Shown: in pieces, positions 15,034 through 23,666 of the stretch
Numbering within the stretch: position 1 is the first letter of the stretch
Layout: each line of letters starts with the position of its first letter
Assembly (NCBI GenBank): GCA_017453725.1
Contig: JAFTEJ010000057.1
Location: 1 to 43,887, forward strand
Reading direction: 5' to 3'
DNA length: 43,887 nucleotides
Origin: Clostridia bacterium
GTDB lineage: Bacteria > Bacillota > Clostridia > Oscillospirales > RGIG8002
Translations under genes and position numbers: made by a program
Notes under the pieces: model-generated
What the model was told of the DNA's origin: nothing
Database searches by the model: none
Seen by the model: the letters and a program-made list of their open reading frames with translations, nothing else

Positions 15034-18000
15034 TTACAGCGAATCCGCAAGCCTGACCGCAACGCGAAGTATTGCCAGCGCGTCGGAAACCGTAATCTCG
15101 CCGTCGCCGTCGGTATCGCAGCAGGCAAGCAGGCTCTCCGTTGCATCCGCGAGCCGCACGGAAATTCGCAGCGCCACGAGCGCGTCGCCGACGGTGACTT
15201 CCCCGTCGCCGTCCGCGTCGCCCTTTTTGAATCCGGAAGTGATAAGCTCGTAGTTAAACGCATTGTCTATCGCATACTGATGTGCGTAAGAGTTTTCGTA
15301 GACTGTCAGCGTAACGCCAAGCGGCTTATATGTATCGTAATCATAATAGTAAAACGCACGTTCTTCTATGCTCGTCACGCTGTCGGGAATGATCACGCTC
15401 GTCAAATCAGTACAGCCCTCGAACGCATATTTGCCGATGCTTGTCACTCCGTCCGGTATCGTCACGCTCGTAAGGGATCTGCAATAATGAAACGCCCCTA
15501 TGCCGATGTTCGTTACGCCGGTGGGTATAGTCACGCTCGTAAGCCCGACACAAAACTCAAACACATAATTACCGATGCTCGTTAAACCCTCTCCGATCTT
15601 TATGCTTGTCAGTCCCCTGCAACCATCAAAAGCATAATCTCCGATATATACTACGCTATCCGGTATCGTTATACTTGTCAGAGCAGTGCAATTACAAAAA
15701 GTCCCATATCCTATGCGCGTCACGCTATCAGGTATTGCCACTCTCGCCAAATCGGCGCAGTCGCGAAAAGCAAAACTGCTAATCAATACTATGCTGTCGG
15801 GAATGTTTACGCTTGTCAAACTGCCACAGCCATCGAACGCATGATTACTTATGACCGTCACGCTTTCGGGAATACTCACGCTCGTCAGACCGCCGCATCC
15901 TCTGAATACTTCATCAGCTATGCCTACAGTACCGTATTTAATAATATACTCTCCGGATTTATCTTCTTTCGCTTTTATAAGCCAATTGCCGATATAAAGA
16001 ATCCCGTCTTCCCAATTCGATTCATCATTATAGTATCCGGTATTATAGAACGCGCTTTCGCCGATACTCGTCACGCCGTCCGGTATCGTCACGCTTGTTA
16101 GCCCGGTGCAACCGGTGAACGCATAACCGCCGATGCTCGTCACGCCATTGCCTATCGTCACGCTCGTCAGACCGGTGCAGTCGTAAAACGCACGGTAACC
16201 GATGCTCGTCACGCTGTCCGGTATCTCAATGCTCGTCAGACCGGCGCAGCCTGAGAACGAACACTCGCCGATGCTCGTCACGCTGTCCGGAATGCTTACA
16301 CTCGTCAGACCGGTGCACTTGTAGAACGCATAGTTGCCGATGCTCGTCACGCCGTCCGGTATTACGAGCTCAGTAACAAGATCACCGTTCAAGTACAGAT
16401 TATGTGCATAAATCAACGGGTTGGAACCGCCATTATAATCTATTCTGCACCAGGCTGCAAGATCGGATATGTCAACTCTCGTTAGAGCGGTACAACCATC
16501 GAACGCATATCTGCTGATGCTTGTCACGCTGCTAGGTATCGTTACGCTCGTAAGGTCGGTGCAGCCGCGGAACGCAGCATATCCGATGCTCGTCACGCCG
16601 TCGCAAATCGTTACGCTTTTTACTTCTTTGCCCCACGATCCAGAACCCCACATATCGCCAGTACCGGCGATAATAAGGTTGTCTTCGTCATCGAGCGTCC
16701 ACACAAGATCATCGCCACAGGTTCCGCTGATTAAGCGAACCGCAATACCATTATCCACTGCATACTGGTGGGCATAAGAGTTTTGGGAAGCTACAAGCAT
16801 GACGTCAAGCGGCTTATAGTCACCATCCTGATAATAAGCAAACGCATCGTTGCCGATGCTCGTCACACCATCGGGAATGCTCGCTCTTATTAGATTGGTG
16901 CAGCCATAGAACGCATAATTACCTATACTCGTCACGCCGTCGGGGATGCTCACACCCGTCAGAGCGCTACAGCCACTAAACGCAGAATTACCTATGCTCG
17001 TCACGCCGCTACCTATCGTAACGCTTATCAGACCTTCGCAGCCATAGAACGCATATTTGCCTACGCTCGTCACACCCGGGTCAACAACTGCCGTTACTAT
17101 CCCCAAGCCCCACGGCGCAGTGCTAACCAAAATGCCGTTTTGATTCATGATAGAATAATCCCACATATCGCCCGTGCCGCTGACGGTAAGGTTGCCGGAG
17201 TTATCGAGAGCCCAGATGAGACTATCGCCGCAGGTTCCGCTTACCGGTTTGCTAATTATTTCAGCCGTGATACCGATGTCTATTGCATACTGCTGTGCAA
17301 AGGAATTCTCATAGACCTTCAGCGCAACGTTAAGCGGCTTATATCCGCCGTAATCATAATAGTAAAACGCATATTCTCCGATACTCGTCACGCTATCAGG
17401 TATCGTTATACTACTCAGGTTGGTGCATTCAAAAAACGCATAATCTCCTATGCATGTAACGCTGTCGGGTATCACGAGATTAATAATTCTATTACCGTTC
17501 ATATACAAACAATGCGCATACGTCAACGGGTTGGAATTACCGCCGTTAAACTTTATTCTGCACCAGGCTGCAAGATCTGATATGTCAACTTTCGTCAGCC
17601 AGATACAATTGTAAAATGCATTAACGCCTATACTAGTCACACCGCTGCCGATCGTTACGCTCGTAAGACCGTCGCAGGCGTAGAATGCCCGTTCGCCAAT
17701 GCTTGTCACACTGTTAGGTATAGTCACGCTTGTAAGACTGCTACAACCGAAGAATGCGGCATCGCCGATGTTCTTCACGCCGTCCGGTATCGTTATTCTC
17801 GTAAGACCGATACAGCGGTAGAACGCATAATCGCCTATGCTCGTAACACTAGCGGGAATCGTCACGCTCGTCAAGCCGGTGCAGTCTTCGAACGCACTAT
17901 CGCCGATGCTCGTAACGCTGTCCGGTATCGTCACGTTCTTCAGGCTTCTGCGACCGTTGAACGCATAATCGGCAATACCTACGGTCCCAGCCTTTATCGA

Positions 18001-18825
18001 ACAGCTTCCGGAAACACCACCATCTATAAGCCACTTGCCGATATAAAGAACCCCGTCTTCCCAATTCGATTCATCATTATAGTATCCGGTATTATAGAAC
18101 GCACCACTGCCGATGCTAGTTACGCTGTCTGGTATCGTCACGCTCATCAGACCGGTGCAGCTGCGGAACGCCCAACTGCCGATGCTCGTCACACCGCTGC
18201 CAATCGTTACATTTGTCAGACTGGTACAGTAGTAGAACGCATGATCGAAGATGCTTGTCACGCTGCCCGGTATCGTCACGCTCAAAAGATCGCTACATCC
18301 GGAAAATGCATACCTGCCGATGCTCGTCACACCTTCCGGTATAGCAAGATCAGTAATAAGCTCACCATTCAAATACAAATGTGCATTCTCCAAAAGGTTT
18401 TGGGGAATACATTCTATTCCGCACCATGCAGCAAGATCGTATATATCAACTCTCGTCAGAGCTGTACAGCCATCGAAGGCACCATCTCCGATGCTCGTCA
18501 CACCGTTGCCTATCGTCGCGCTCGTCAGACCGGCGCAGTCTCCGAACGCATTATACCCGATGCTCGTCACGCCGTCCTCAATTATCACGCTCTTGATATC
18601 GTTCCCCCACGGCGCGGGGTAATAATAATTATAATCCCACATATCGCCTGTGCCGGCGATGGTAAGGTTGCCTTCGTCGTCGAGTTCCCACGTGAGGTTA
18701 TCGCCGCAGACGCCGCTATCAACTATAGCCGCGGAGACGGTGATAAGACCCGTCGGGAGCAGCGCGAAAAGCATCGCGGCGGCGATGAGAATGGAAAGCG
18801 TTTTCGAGAGCTTCGGTATTATCAT
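15034..18825 (-). CDS. Secreted BspA-type leucine-rich-repeat protein with C-terminal type I dockerin
   Basis: Signal peptide (MIIPKLSKTLSILIAAAMLFALLPTGLITVSA). Dozens of ~23-aa repeats of the form IPDSVTSIGxxAFxxCxxLTSVTI. C-terminal duplicated Ca-binding segments GDADGDGEVTVGDALVALR and DTDGDGEITVSDALAILR. GGAGGGG RBS before the ATG. Confidence 0.85.
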   Translation of the reverse strand: MIIPKLSKTLSILIAAAMLFALLPTGLITVSAAIVDSGVCGDNLTWELDDEGNLTIAGTGDMWDYNYYYPAPWGNDIKSVIIEDGVTSIGYNAFGDCAGLTSATIGNGVTSIGDGAFDGCTALTRVDIYDLAAWCGIECIPQNLLENAHLYLNGELITDLAIPEGVTSIGRYAFSGCSDLLSVTIPGSVTSIFDHAFYYCTSLTNVTIGSGVTSIGSWAFRSCTGLMSVTIPDSVTSIGSGAFYNTGYYNDESNWEDGVLYIGKWLIDGGVSGSCSIKAGTVGIADYAFNGRRSLKNVTIPDSVTSIGDSAFEDCTGLTSVTIPASVTSIGDYAFYRCIGLTRITIPDGVKNIGDAAFFGCSSLTSVTIPNSVTSIGERAFYACDGLTSVTIGSGVTSIGVNAFYNCIWLTKVDISDLAAWCRIKFNGGNSNPLTYAHCLYMNGNRIINLVIPDSVTCIGDYAFFECTNLSSITIPDSVTSIGEYAFYYYDYGGYKPLNVALKVYENSFAQQYAIDIGITAEIISKPVSGTCGDSLIWALDNSGNLTVSGTGDMWDYSIMNQNGILVSTAPWGLGIVTAVVDPGVTSVGKYAFYGCEGLISVTIGSGVTSIGNSAFSGCSALTGVSIPDGVTSIGNYAFYGCTNLIRASIPDGVTSIGNDAFAYYQDGDYKPLDVMLVASQNSYAHQYAVDNGIAVRLISGTCGDDLVWTLDDEDNLIIAGTGDMWGSGSWGKEVKSVTICDGVTSIGYAAFRGCTDLTSVTIPSSVTSISRYAFDGCTALTRVDISDLAAWCRIDYNGGSNPLIYAHNLYLNGDLVTELVIPDGVTSIGNYAFYKCTGLTSVSIPDSVTSIGECSFSGCAGLTSIEIPDSVTSIGYRAFYDCTGLTSVTIGNGVTSIGGYAFTGCTGLTSVTIPDGVTSIGESAFYNTGYYNDESNWEDGILYIGNWLIKAKEDKSGEYIIKYGTVGIADEVFRGCGGLTSVSIPESVTVISNHAFDGCGSLTSVNIPDSIVLISSFAFRDCADLARVAIPDSVTRIGYGTFCNCTALTSITIPDSVVYIGDYAFDGCRGLTSIKIGEGLTSIGNYVFEFCVGLTSVTIPTGVTNIGIGAFHYCRSLTSVTIPDGVTSIGKYAFEGCTDLTSVIIPDSVTSIEERAFYYYDYDTYKPLGVTLTVYENSYAHQYAIDNAFNYELITSGFKKGDADGDGEVTVGDALVALRISVRLADATESLLACCDTDGDGEITVSDALAILRVAVRLADSL

Positions 18826-18870
18826 TGCGTTTCCCCTCCGGATGAGAATTGTATAATACTACATATACAT

Positions 18871-18898
18871 ATTTTAGCACATAATCCGGGTTTGTCAA
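18871..18898 (-). promoter_or_regulatory. Promoter of the LRR-dockerin gene
   Basis: Minus strand: TTGACA (18893-18898), 16-nt spacer, TG-C-TAAAAT extended -10 (18871-18879). Confidence 0.6.
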
Positions 18899-18920
18899 GG
18901 GGAATATTCGGCGAAACGCG

Positions 18921-18950
18921 AAAAAACGCCGCCCACCGGCGGCGTTTTCT
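18921..18950. terminator. Bidirectional intrinsic terminator
   Basis: AAAAAA-CGCCGCC-CACC-GGCGGCG-TTTTCTGTTT: a GC stem flanked by an A-run and a T-run. On the minus strand it ends transcription coming from the ABC/lipoprotein operon. Confidence 0.7.
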
Positions 18951-19061
18951 GTTTAGAGTTTTGAGATTCGAGTTTTTAGTTTAGAGTTTATAGCTATGAT
19001 GCGGCTACGGCGCAGTTATGAGTTCGCTCCGCGAACGCTTTACGCCGACTTCGTCGGCTAC

Positions 19062-19128
19062 ACCTCATCAGTCTCGAAGGGCTTTGCCCGATAATAAGAC
19101 AGCTCCCCCTTGCACAGAGGAGCCGCGG
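19062..19128. repeat. Degenerate partial third copy of the MITE-like repeat core
   Basis: CCTCATCAGTCTCGAAGGGCTTTGCCCGATAATAAGACAGCTCCCCCTTGCACAGAGGAGCC aligns to the central hairpin region of copies A and B, with the left hairpin arm lost. Confidence 0.5.
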
Positions 19129-19178
19129 GCGATTGATAATCGCCCGTCCGCTAACTCAAGCTTAAGCGCCGCCGCGTT

Positions 19179-19399
19179 GTCATCCTGAGCGGAGCGACCG
19201 CAAGGAGCGCAGTCGAAGGATCCTAAAGGTAACGGCATTGTATAATAAAAGAGTGTGTAGGCTGAAGGGAAACCGACAACCCCTCAGTCTTATTATCGGG
19301 CTTTGCCCGATAATAAGACAGCTCCCCTTACACAGGGGAGCCTGTCGGCGTTTCCGCTTCACTTGCGGGATCCCTCGGCGCGGAGCACCTCGGGATGAC
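19179..19399. repeat. ~220-bp MITE-like repeat, copy B
   Basis: Same orientation as copy A, offset 4369 bp. Termini GTCATCCTGAG / CTCGGGATGAC (10 of 11 complementary). The internal 15-bp hairpin is perfect in this copy. Confidence 0.7.
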
Positions 19400-19435
19400 A
19401 GATTACACCGCCTTCGTCGGTGCGCGGGCGATTAA

Positions 19436-19483
19436 AATCGCCCCTACTTCACCACGGCGAATCGCCCCTACTTGACCACGGCC
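19436..19483. repeat. 24-bp tandem duplication spanning the stop codon of the lipoprotein gene
   Basis: AATCGCCCCTACTTCACCACGGCG / AATCGCCCCTACTTGACCACGGCC, 22 of 24 identical. The second unit encodes the real C-terminus AVVK-stop. The first is a ghost copy that also reads AVVK-stop. Confidence 0.6.
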
Positions 19484-20535
19484 GCTTCGACGGCGGCGTT
19501 GACGACGGTATCGACGAGCCCCCAGATGGTGATGTTGTTCCTGCCGTATTTCTGCAGGCACTCCTCGTCGCTCTCGCAGTTATACTGGTTCGCGTAGTAG
19601 GTCACGTATTCGCCGAACTCCTCCTCGCTCAGCTCGATCCCCTCGCGGCGGGCGATGGCGACGCAGGTCATCTGCGTTTTTATCTCGCTCTGCGCGTATT
19701 CCTCCGCCTGTTGCTCGAAGGTAGCGTAGTCCATACTCATATACTGCTGCACAAACTCCTCAAGTGTAACGCCGTAGCTGTCGGCGTATTTCTGATAATT
19801 GCTCCTGATCTCCGCCGTAAAGGAGTCCGTTTCCTTCTGCGGATACTTCAGCACGTTCGCGCTGTCGAGCAGCTTTTCGCGGACGGCGGACCACTTCTTC
19901 TCCGTCTCCTCGCCCGCCTTGACGTCCGCGAGGAACGCCTCGACGCTGTCGTAGTCGCTGAAGTTATTCGCGATGAACTCATCATTTATCTCGGGATAGG
20001 AATACGCCTGGATTGAGTTTATCTTCACGTTGAAGACGACCGGCACGCCGGCGAGGTCGGGGTTGTTCGGGTAGGGGTCGGGGAAGCTGATGTTCAGCGC
20101 GACCGTTTCGCCGATCTCGGCGCCGATAAGCCCGTCCTCGAAGCCGGGGATGAACCTGCCGCCGCCGATCTCGAGGTCATAGCCCTGCGCGGTGCCGCCC
20201 GCGAAGGCTACCCCATCGCGCAGTCCCTCGTAGTCGATGTTGACGAAGTCGCCCTTCTGCACGGGGCGGTCGGTGACCGGCATCTTGCTGACCGCGTCGT
20301 TCTGTCTGAGGAACTCGCGGACCTTTTCCAACGCCTCCTCGTCCGTGACGGCAACTTCGGCGGCGGAGACCTCGATGCCCTTGAATTCGCCGATTTCGAC
20401 GTATTCGCTCAGGTCGTAGTCGTAGAAATCGTATTTGCCCGCGCCTTCGCCGGAATTTCCGCCGGCTTCGCTTCCGCAGGCGGAAGCGGCGAGCAGCGTG
20501 AGCGCGGCGAGCGTTATCGCGATGATTCTTTTCAT
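19468..20535 (-). CDS. Trigger-factor-like FKBP-type PPIase/chaperone lipoprotein (lacks the ribosome-binding N domain)
   Basis: N-terminal signal peptide with a probable lipobox (LLAASAC-G). GDFVNIDYEGLRDGVAFAGGTAQGYDLEIGGGRFIPGFEDGLIGAEIGE matches the trigger-factor PPIase domain, and the remainder resembles the trigger-factor C-terminal arm domain. No GFRxGxxP ribosome-docking motif. Confidence 0.7.
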   Translation of the reverse strand: MKRIIAITLAALTLLAASACGSEAGGNSGEGAGKYDFYDYDLSEYVEIGEFKGIEVSAAEVAVTDEEALEKVREFLRQNDAVSKMPVTDRPVQKGDFVNIDYEGLRDGVAFAGGTAQGYDLEIGGGRFIPGFEDGLIGAEIGETVALNISFPDPYPNNPDLAGVPVVFNVKINSIQAYSYPEINDEFIANNFSDYDSVEAFLADVKAGEETEKKWSAVREKLLDSANVLKYPQKETDSFTAEIRSNYQKYADSYGVTLEEFVQQYMSMDYATFEQQAEEYAQSEIKTQMTCVAIARREGIELSEEEFGEYVTYYANQYNCESDEECLQKYGRNNITIWGLVDTVVNAAVEAAVVK

Positions 20536-20551
20536 AAAGTGTATTCCCCTT

Positions 20552-22138
20552 CTAGAGTGAGTTATAAAGCTTTTCGCCCTTCGCCTTCAGCAGCAGCGAA
20601 GCGCACAGCGCCGCGACGAACGCGAGTCCCGCGAGCGCCGCCAGCGTAACGGTGGCGCCGACCTCCGCTTTGAAGGTCAGCAGGTAGAAGACCGCTCCGC
20701 ATATCGCGGAGAAGACAAAGCCGATCCCCAGCGTCAGTCCGACCGAAGCGCTCTGCTTGACGACGGCGTTTTCGTTAGTCCACTCCAGCTTCGGGTGGCG
20801 GAGGTTGACGAGCAGTCCCGCGACCGACGTGAAGACGGCAAAGCACAGAACGCCCGCGATTATGATCAGCCCGTCCGCCGGCTTCACGACGCCGGCGGCG
20901 ATAAGGCAGACGCCCGCGAGCAGCGCGGGTACGCTGCAGACGAGTATGTTCAGCGCGATCTTCGCGGCAAAGACGTCGCGCGGGCGCACCGGCATAGCCT
21001 TGAGCTGTCCGAGGCGGCTGCCCTCGATCGATATGGAAGACGCCGCAGTCGAGCAGGTCGAGGTCGCGAGCACGGCGACGAGCATCATTATCGGCGCAAG
21101 CGCCTCACGCATCGCGTCGTTTGTCGCGGCTCCGGAGCGCGTCGCCGCCATATATACCGCGCCGACGACGAGCATTATCGGCCCGAACGCGGTGTTCATA
21201 AAGTAGGCGAACGATGAGAAGTACCCCGCCGCCTCCTTGCGGAAGAGCGCGGAGAATGCGGACCTCGCGGCCTCGGTCTTCACCGCTCCCGCCTTCGCCT
21301 TCGGAGACGCGTTAAGCGCTCCCACCCTGCGCCCGAAGCGCAGCGACGCGAGCCACGCGACGAGCAGTATCAGCGCGACGGCGAACGCGGCGAAAAGCAG
21401 CAGCGGACCCCACTTCAGCAAGGCGCCTTCCATAGCCCATTTCAGCGGCGGGAAGTATCTGCCCGCGGCGTCGATCACGCCTCCGCCGCTCGCGATGAGA
21501 TACGCCATTATGTCCCCGGATTTCGACATCAGCAGCAGGTAGAAGCCGACGAACAGCGCGATACCGATGAAATTGCGCACCGTCCTGCTCCTGCCGCCGA
21601 AGGAAAACAGGCTGAACAGCGCGGAAATAAGCAGCCCCAGCCCCACCGGTATCATCGGCACGGTCAGGAAGAGCGCCGCCGCCGCGAGAATAAACATAAG
21701 CGAAGGCGCCGCGTAGTAAGCGTAAGCCGCGAACGCGGGGATGAGTATTATCGCGGAATAGACGTAGTTCTCCGCGAGGAACGCCATAAGCTTGCCGGTG
21801 TAGATCTGGAAGCCGGTCAGGGGCATAGACATAAGCGCGTCCATATTCGTCGCCCTGAACATACGCGCCGAGCCGGTCGAAGCGGCGGTTATCAGCGTGA
21901 GCAGCGCGTCGGCGGCAAAGAAGATGAAGAGCAGCGACTCCGGCGTGCCTGCGTCGGAGAGCGCCTTGCCTATCGTGAAGGCGTAAAAGCACGCCGAGCC
22001 GATTATCAGCAGCACGAGAAACACGCCGAACAGGAGGTTCACAGCTCCGCCCTTGTTCTTGCTCCTGCTCTCGACCATCCTGCGCGGATTCAGCGACGAA
22101 TAGGCTTCGGCGCGGAAAAGCGTTAATATATTCTTCAT
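20552..22138 (-). CDS. ABC transporter permease, ~12 TM, internally duplicated (putative ABC-exporter family)
   Basis: 528 aa, highly hydrophobic. The two halves start with related segments (LFRAEAYSSL / LFRKEAAGYFSS). The start overlaps the ATPase stop codon (ATGA). Confidence 0.65.
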   Translation of the reverse strand: MKNILTLFRAEAYSSLNPRRMVESRSKNKGGAVNLLFGVFLVLLIIGSACFYAFTIGKALSDAGTPESLLFIFFAADALLTLITAASTGSARMFRATNMDALMSMPLTGFQIYTGKLMAFLAENYVYSAIILIPAFAAYAYYAAPSLMFILAAAALFLTVPMIPVGLGLLISALFSLFSFGGRSRTVRNFIGIALFVGFYLLLMSKSGDIMAYLIASGGGVIDAAGRYFPPLKWAMEGALLKWGPLLLFAAFAVALILLVAWLASLRFGRRVGALNASPKAKAGAVKTEAARSAFSALFRKEAAGYFSSFAYFMNTAFGPIMLVVGAVYMAATRSGAATNDAMREALAPIMMLVAVLATSTCSTAASSISIEGSRLGQLKAMPVRPRDVFAAKIALNILVCSVPALLAGVCLIAAGVVKPADGLIIIAGVLCFAVFTSVAGLLVNLRHPKLEWTNENAVVKQSASVGLTLGIGFVFSAICGAVFYLLTFKAEVGATVTLAALAGLAFVAALCASLLLKAKGEKLYNSL

Positions 22139-22842
22139 TCCGTCAGCTCCAGAAAGACCTCTTCAAGGGAGTTGTCGCCCTTGATTTCGGCGGTCGTGCC
22201 GCAGGCGATGAGCGAGCCGTTCTTGATGATCGCCATCTTGTTGCATATCTTCTCCGCGACGTCGAGGACGTGGGTGGAGAAGAAGACCGCGCCCCCCTCC
22301 GCGACAAGCTGCGCCATAAGCTCCTTGACGGTGAACGCCGCCCTCGGATCGAGCCCGACGAAGGGCTCGTCCATAATTAGCAGCTTCGGGGAGTGGATGA
22401 GCGCGGAGATTATGACGAGCTTCTGCTTCATTCCGTGCGAATAGGAAGAAATCACGCTGCCGAGGTCGTCGTAGATTTCGAGCATACGCCCGTATTTCTC
22501 CACGCGCTCGGCGCGTTCGGACGCGGAAACGCCGTAAATATCCGCGACGAAGTTGAGGTATTTTATACCCTTCATATTGGTATAAAGCTCGGGGTTGTCG
22601 GGGATATAGGCAAACCTGCGCTTGCACTCGACGGGGCGTTCCTTAAGCGAAACGCCGTCAATGTAAATCTCGCCCTCGTCGAACCCGTGCACGCCGGCGG
22701 CCGCCTTTATCGTGGTCGTTTTGCCGGCGCCGTTGTGCCCGATGAAGCCGAAAATATCGCCCTTTTCGATATGCAGCGACAGGTCGCGGACGGCGTATAC
22801 GCCCTTTTCATAAGCTTTGGAAAACCGCTCGATTCTAAGCAT
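22135..22842 (-). CDS. ABC transporter ATP-binding protein (EcsA-like)
   Basis: Walker A GHNGAGKTTT, Walker B LLIMDEPFVGLDP. An atypical signature YSHGMKQK and YIPDNPELY resemble my recollection of B. subtilis EcsA (FSKGMKQK, YIPETPVLY). Confidence 0.8.
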   Translation of the reverse strand: MLRIERFSKAYEKGVYAVRDLSLHIEKGDIFGFIGHNGAGKTTTIKAAAGVHGFDEGEIYIDGVSLKERPVECKRRFAYIPDNPELYTNMKGIKYLNFVADIYGVSASERAERVEKYGRMLEIYDDLGSVISSYSHGMKQKLVIISALIHSPKLLIMDEPFVGLDPRAAFTVKELMAQLVAEGGAVFFSTHVLDVAEKICNKMAIIKNGSLIACGTTAEIKGDNSLEEVFLELTE

Positions 22843-22860
22843 ATTTACCTCCTATGAGAA

Positions 22861-22882
22861 GGAGTGATCCGAAGATCACTCC
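22861..22882 (-). terminator. 9-bp hairpin with UUCG tetraloop between yebC and the ABC operon (partial terminator or stabiliser)
   Basis: The minus strand reads GGAGTGATC-UUCG-GAUCACUCC followed by UUCUCAU and then the AGGAGG RBS of the ABC ATPase. Confidence 0.45.
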
Positions 22883-22895
22883 GTTATCACCTATT

Positions 22896-23630
22896 CTATT
22901 CCATTATCTCGTCTTCGTTTTCGAGGTTGTGGAAGACGTTGGTCACGTCGTCGTCGTCATCGAGCATTTCGAGCAGGCGGCGCATAAGCTTCTGCTCCTC
23001 CTCGCCGTTGACGGTGACGTAGTTGGACGGCACCATCTCGCTCTCGGCGGAAAGGACGTTGTAACCCTTCGCCTCGAGCCCCTCGCGGACGGCGGTGACG
23101 TCGTTCGGCGCGGTGGAGATGACGTAAGCCTCGTCCTCCTCGGTGAAGTCCTCGGCGCCGAGCTCAAGCGCGTCGTCGAGCGTCTGCTCGCCCTTTGCCT
23201 TATCGGTGACGATGACGCCCTTTGAGGTGAACATCCAGCCGACGCAGCCTGTCTGCCCCATATTGCCGCCGTTCTTGTCGAAGCAGTGGCGGACCTCGGA
23301 GGCGGTGCGGTTCTTGTTATCGGTCAGCGTTTCGACTATGACCGCGACGCCGCAGGGACCGTAGCCCTCGTAGGTCAGCTTCTCGTAGTTGGTCTTGTCG
23401 TCGCCGCCGGCCGCCTTCTTTATCATACGGTCGATGTTGTCGTTCGGGACGTTGTTCGACTTCGCCTTCGCGATAAGGTCGCGCAGCTTGGAGTTCGACA
23501 CGGGGTCGCCGCCTCCTTCCTTGACGGCGACAGATATTTCTCTGCCGATCTGGGTGAATATCTTGGCGCGGGCGGCGTCGCCCTTCGCCTTTTTGTGCAT
23601 TATGTTCTTCCACTTGGAATGTCCGGACAT
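22896..23630 (-). CDS. yebC: YebC/PmpR family DNA-binding transcriptional regulator
   Basis: MSGHSKWKNIMHKKAKGDAARAKIFT is the invariant YebC N-terminus. ATG at 23628-23630 lies 6 nt after AAGGGAGA. The ORF-track start at 23678 is too long. Confidence 0.9.
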   Translation of the reverse strand: MSGHSKWKNIMHKKAKGDAARAKIFTQIGREISVAVKEGGGDPVSNSKLRDLIAKAKSNNVPNDNIDRMIKKAAGGDDKTNYEKLTYEGYGPCGVAVIVETLTDNKNRTASEVRHCFDKNGGNMGQTGCVGWMFTSKGVIVTDKAKGEQTLDDALELGAEDFTEEDEAYVISTAPNDVTAVREGLEAKGYNVLSAESEMVPSNYVTVNGEEEQKLMRRLLEMLDDDDDVTNVFHNLENEDEIME

Positions 23631-23666
23631 ATAAATCTCCCTTTTCATTAAAAATGCTTCTGTATG

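Noticed and set aside
14803-15585. Plus-strand ORFs starting inside the MITE-like repeats (260 aa at 14803, and 65 aa at 19238-19435) that share the peptide YNKRVCRLKGNRQPLSLIIG.
   Set aside because: The shared peptide only reflects the repeated DNA. The sequence is dominated by hairpins. The long version continues antisense into the LRR gene, and there is no RBS.
15976-18104. Possible diversity-generating retroelement template/variable repeat pair within the LRR gene.
   Set aside because: The two mismatches between the 77-nt copies are not adenine-specific. No reverse transcriptase or accessory gene is nearby, and both copies are coding.
18951-18988. GTTTAGAGTT occurring twice 28 nt apart, superficially like a type II CRISPR repeat start (GTTTTAGAGCTA).
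   Set aside because: There are only two 10-nt copies, no regular repeat-spacer array and no cas genes. It is T-rich sequence just after a bidirectional terminator.
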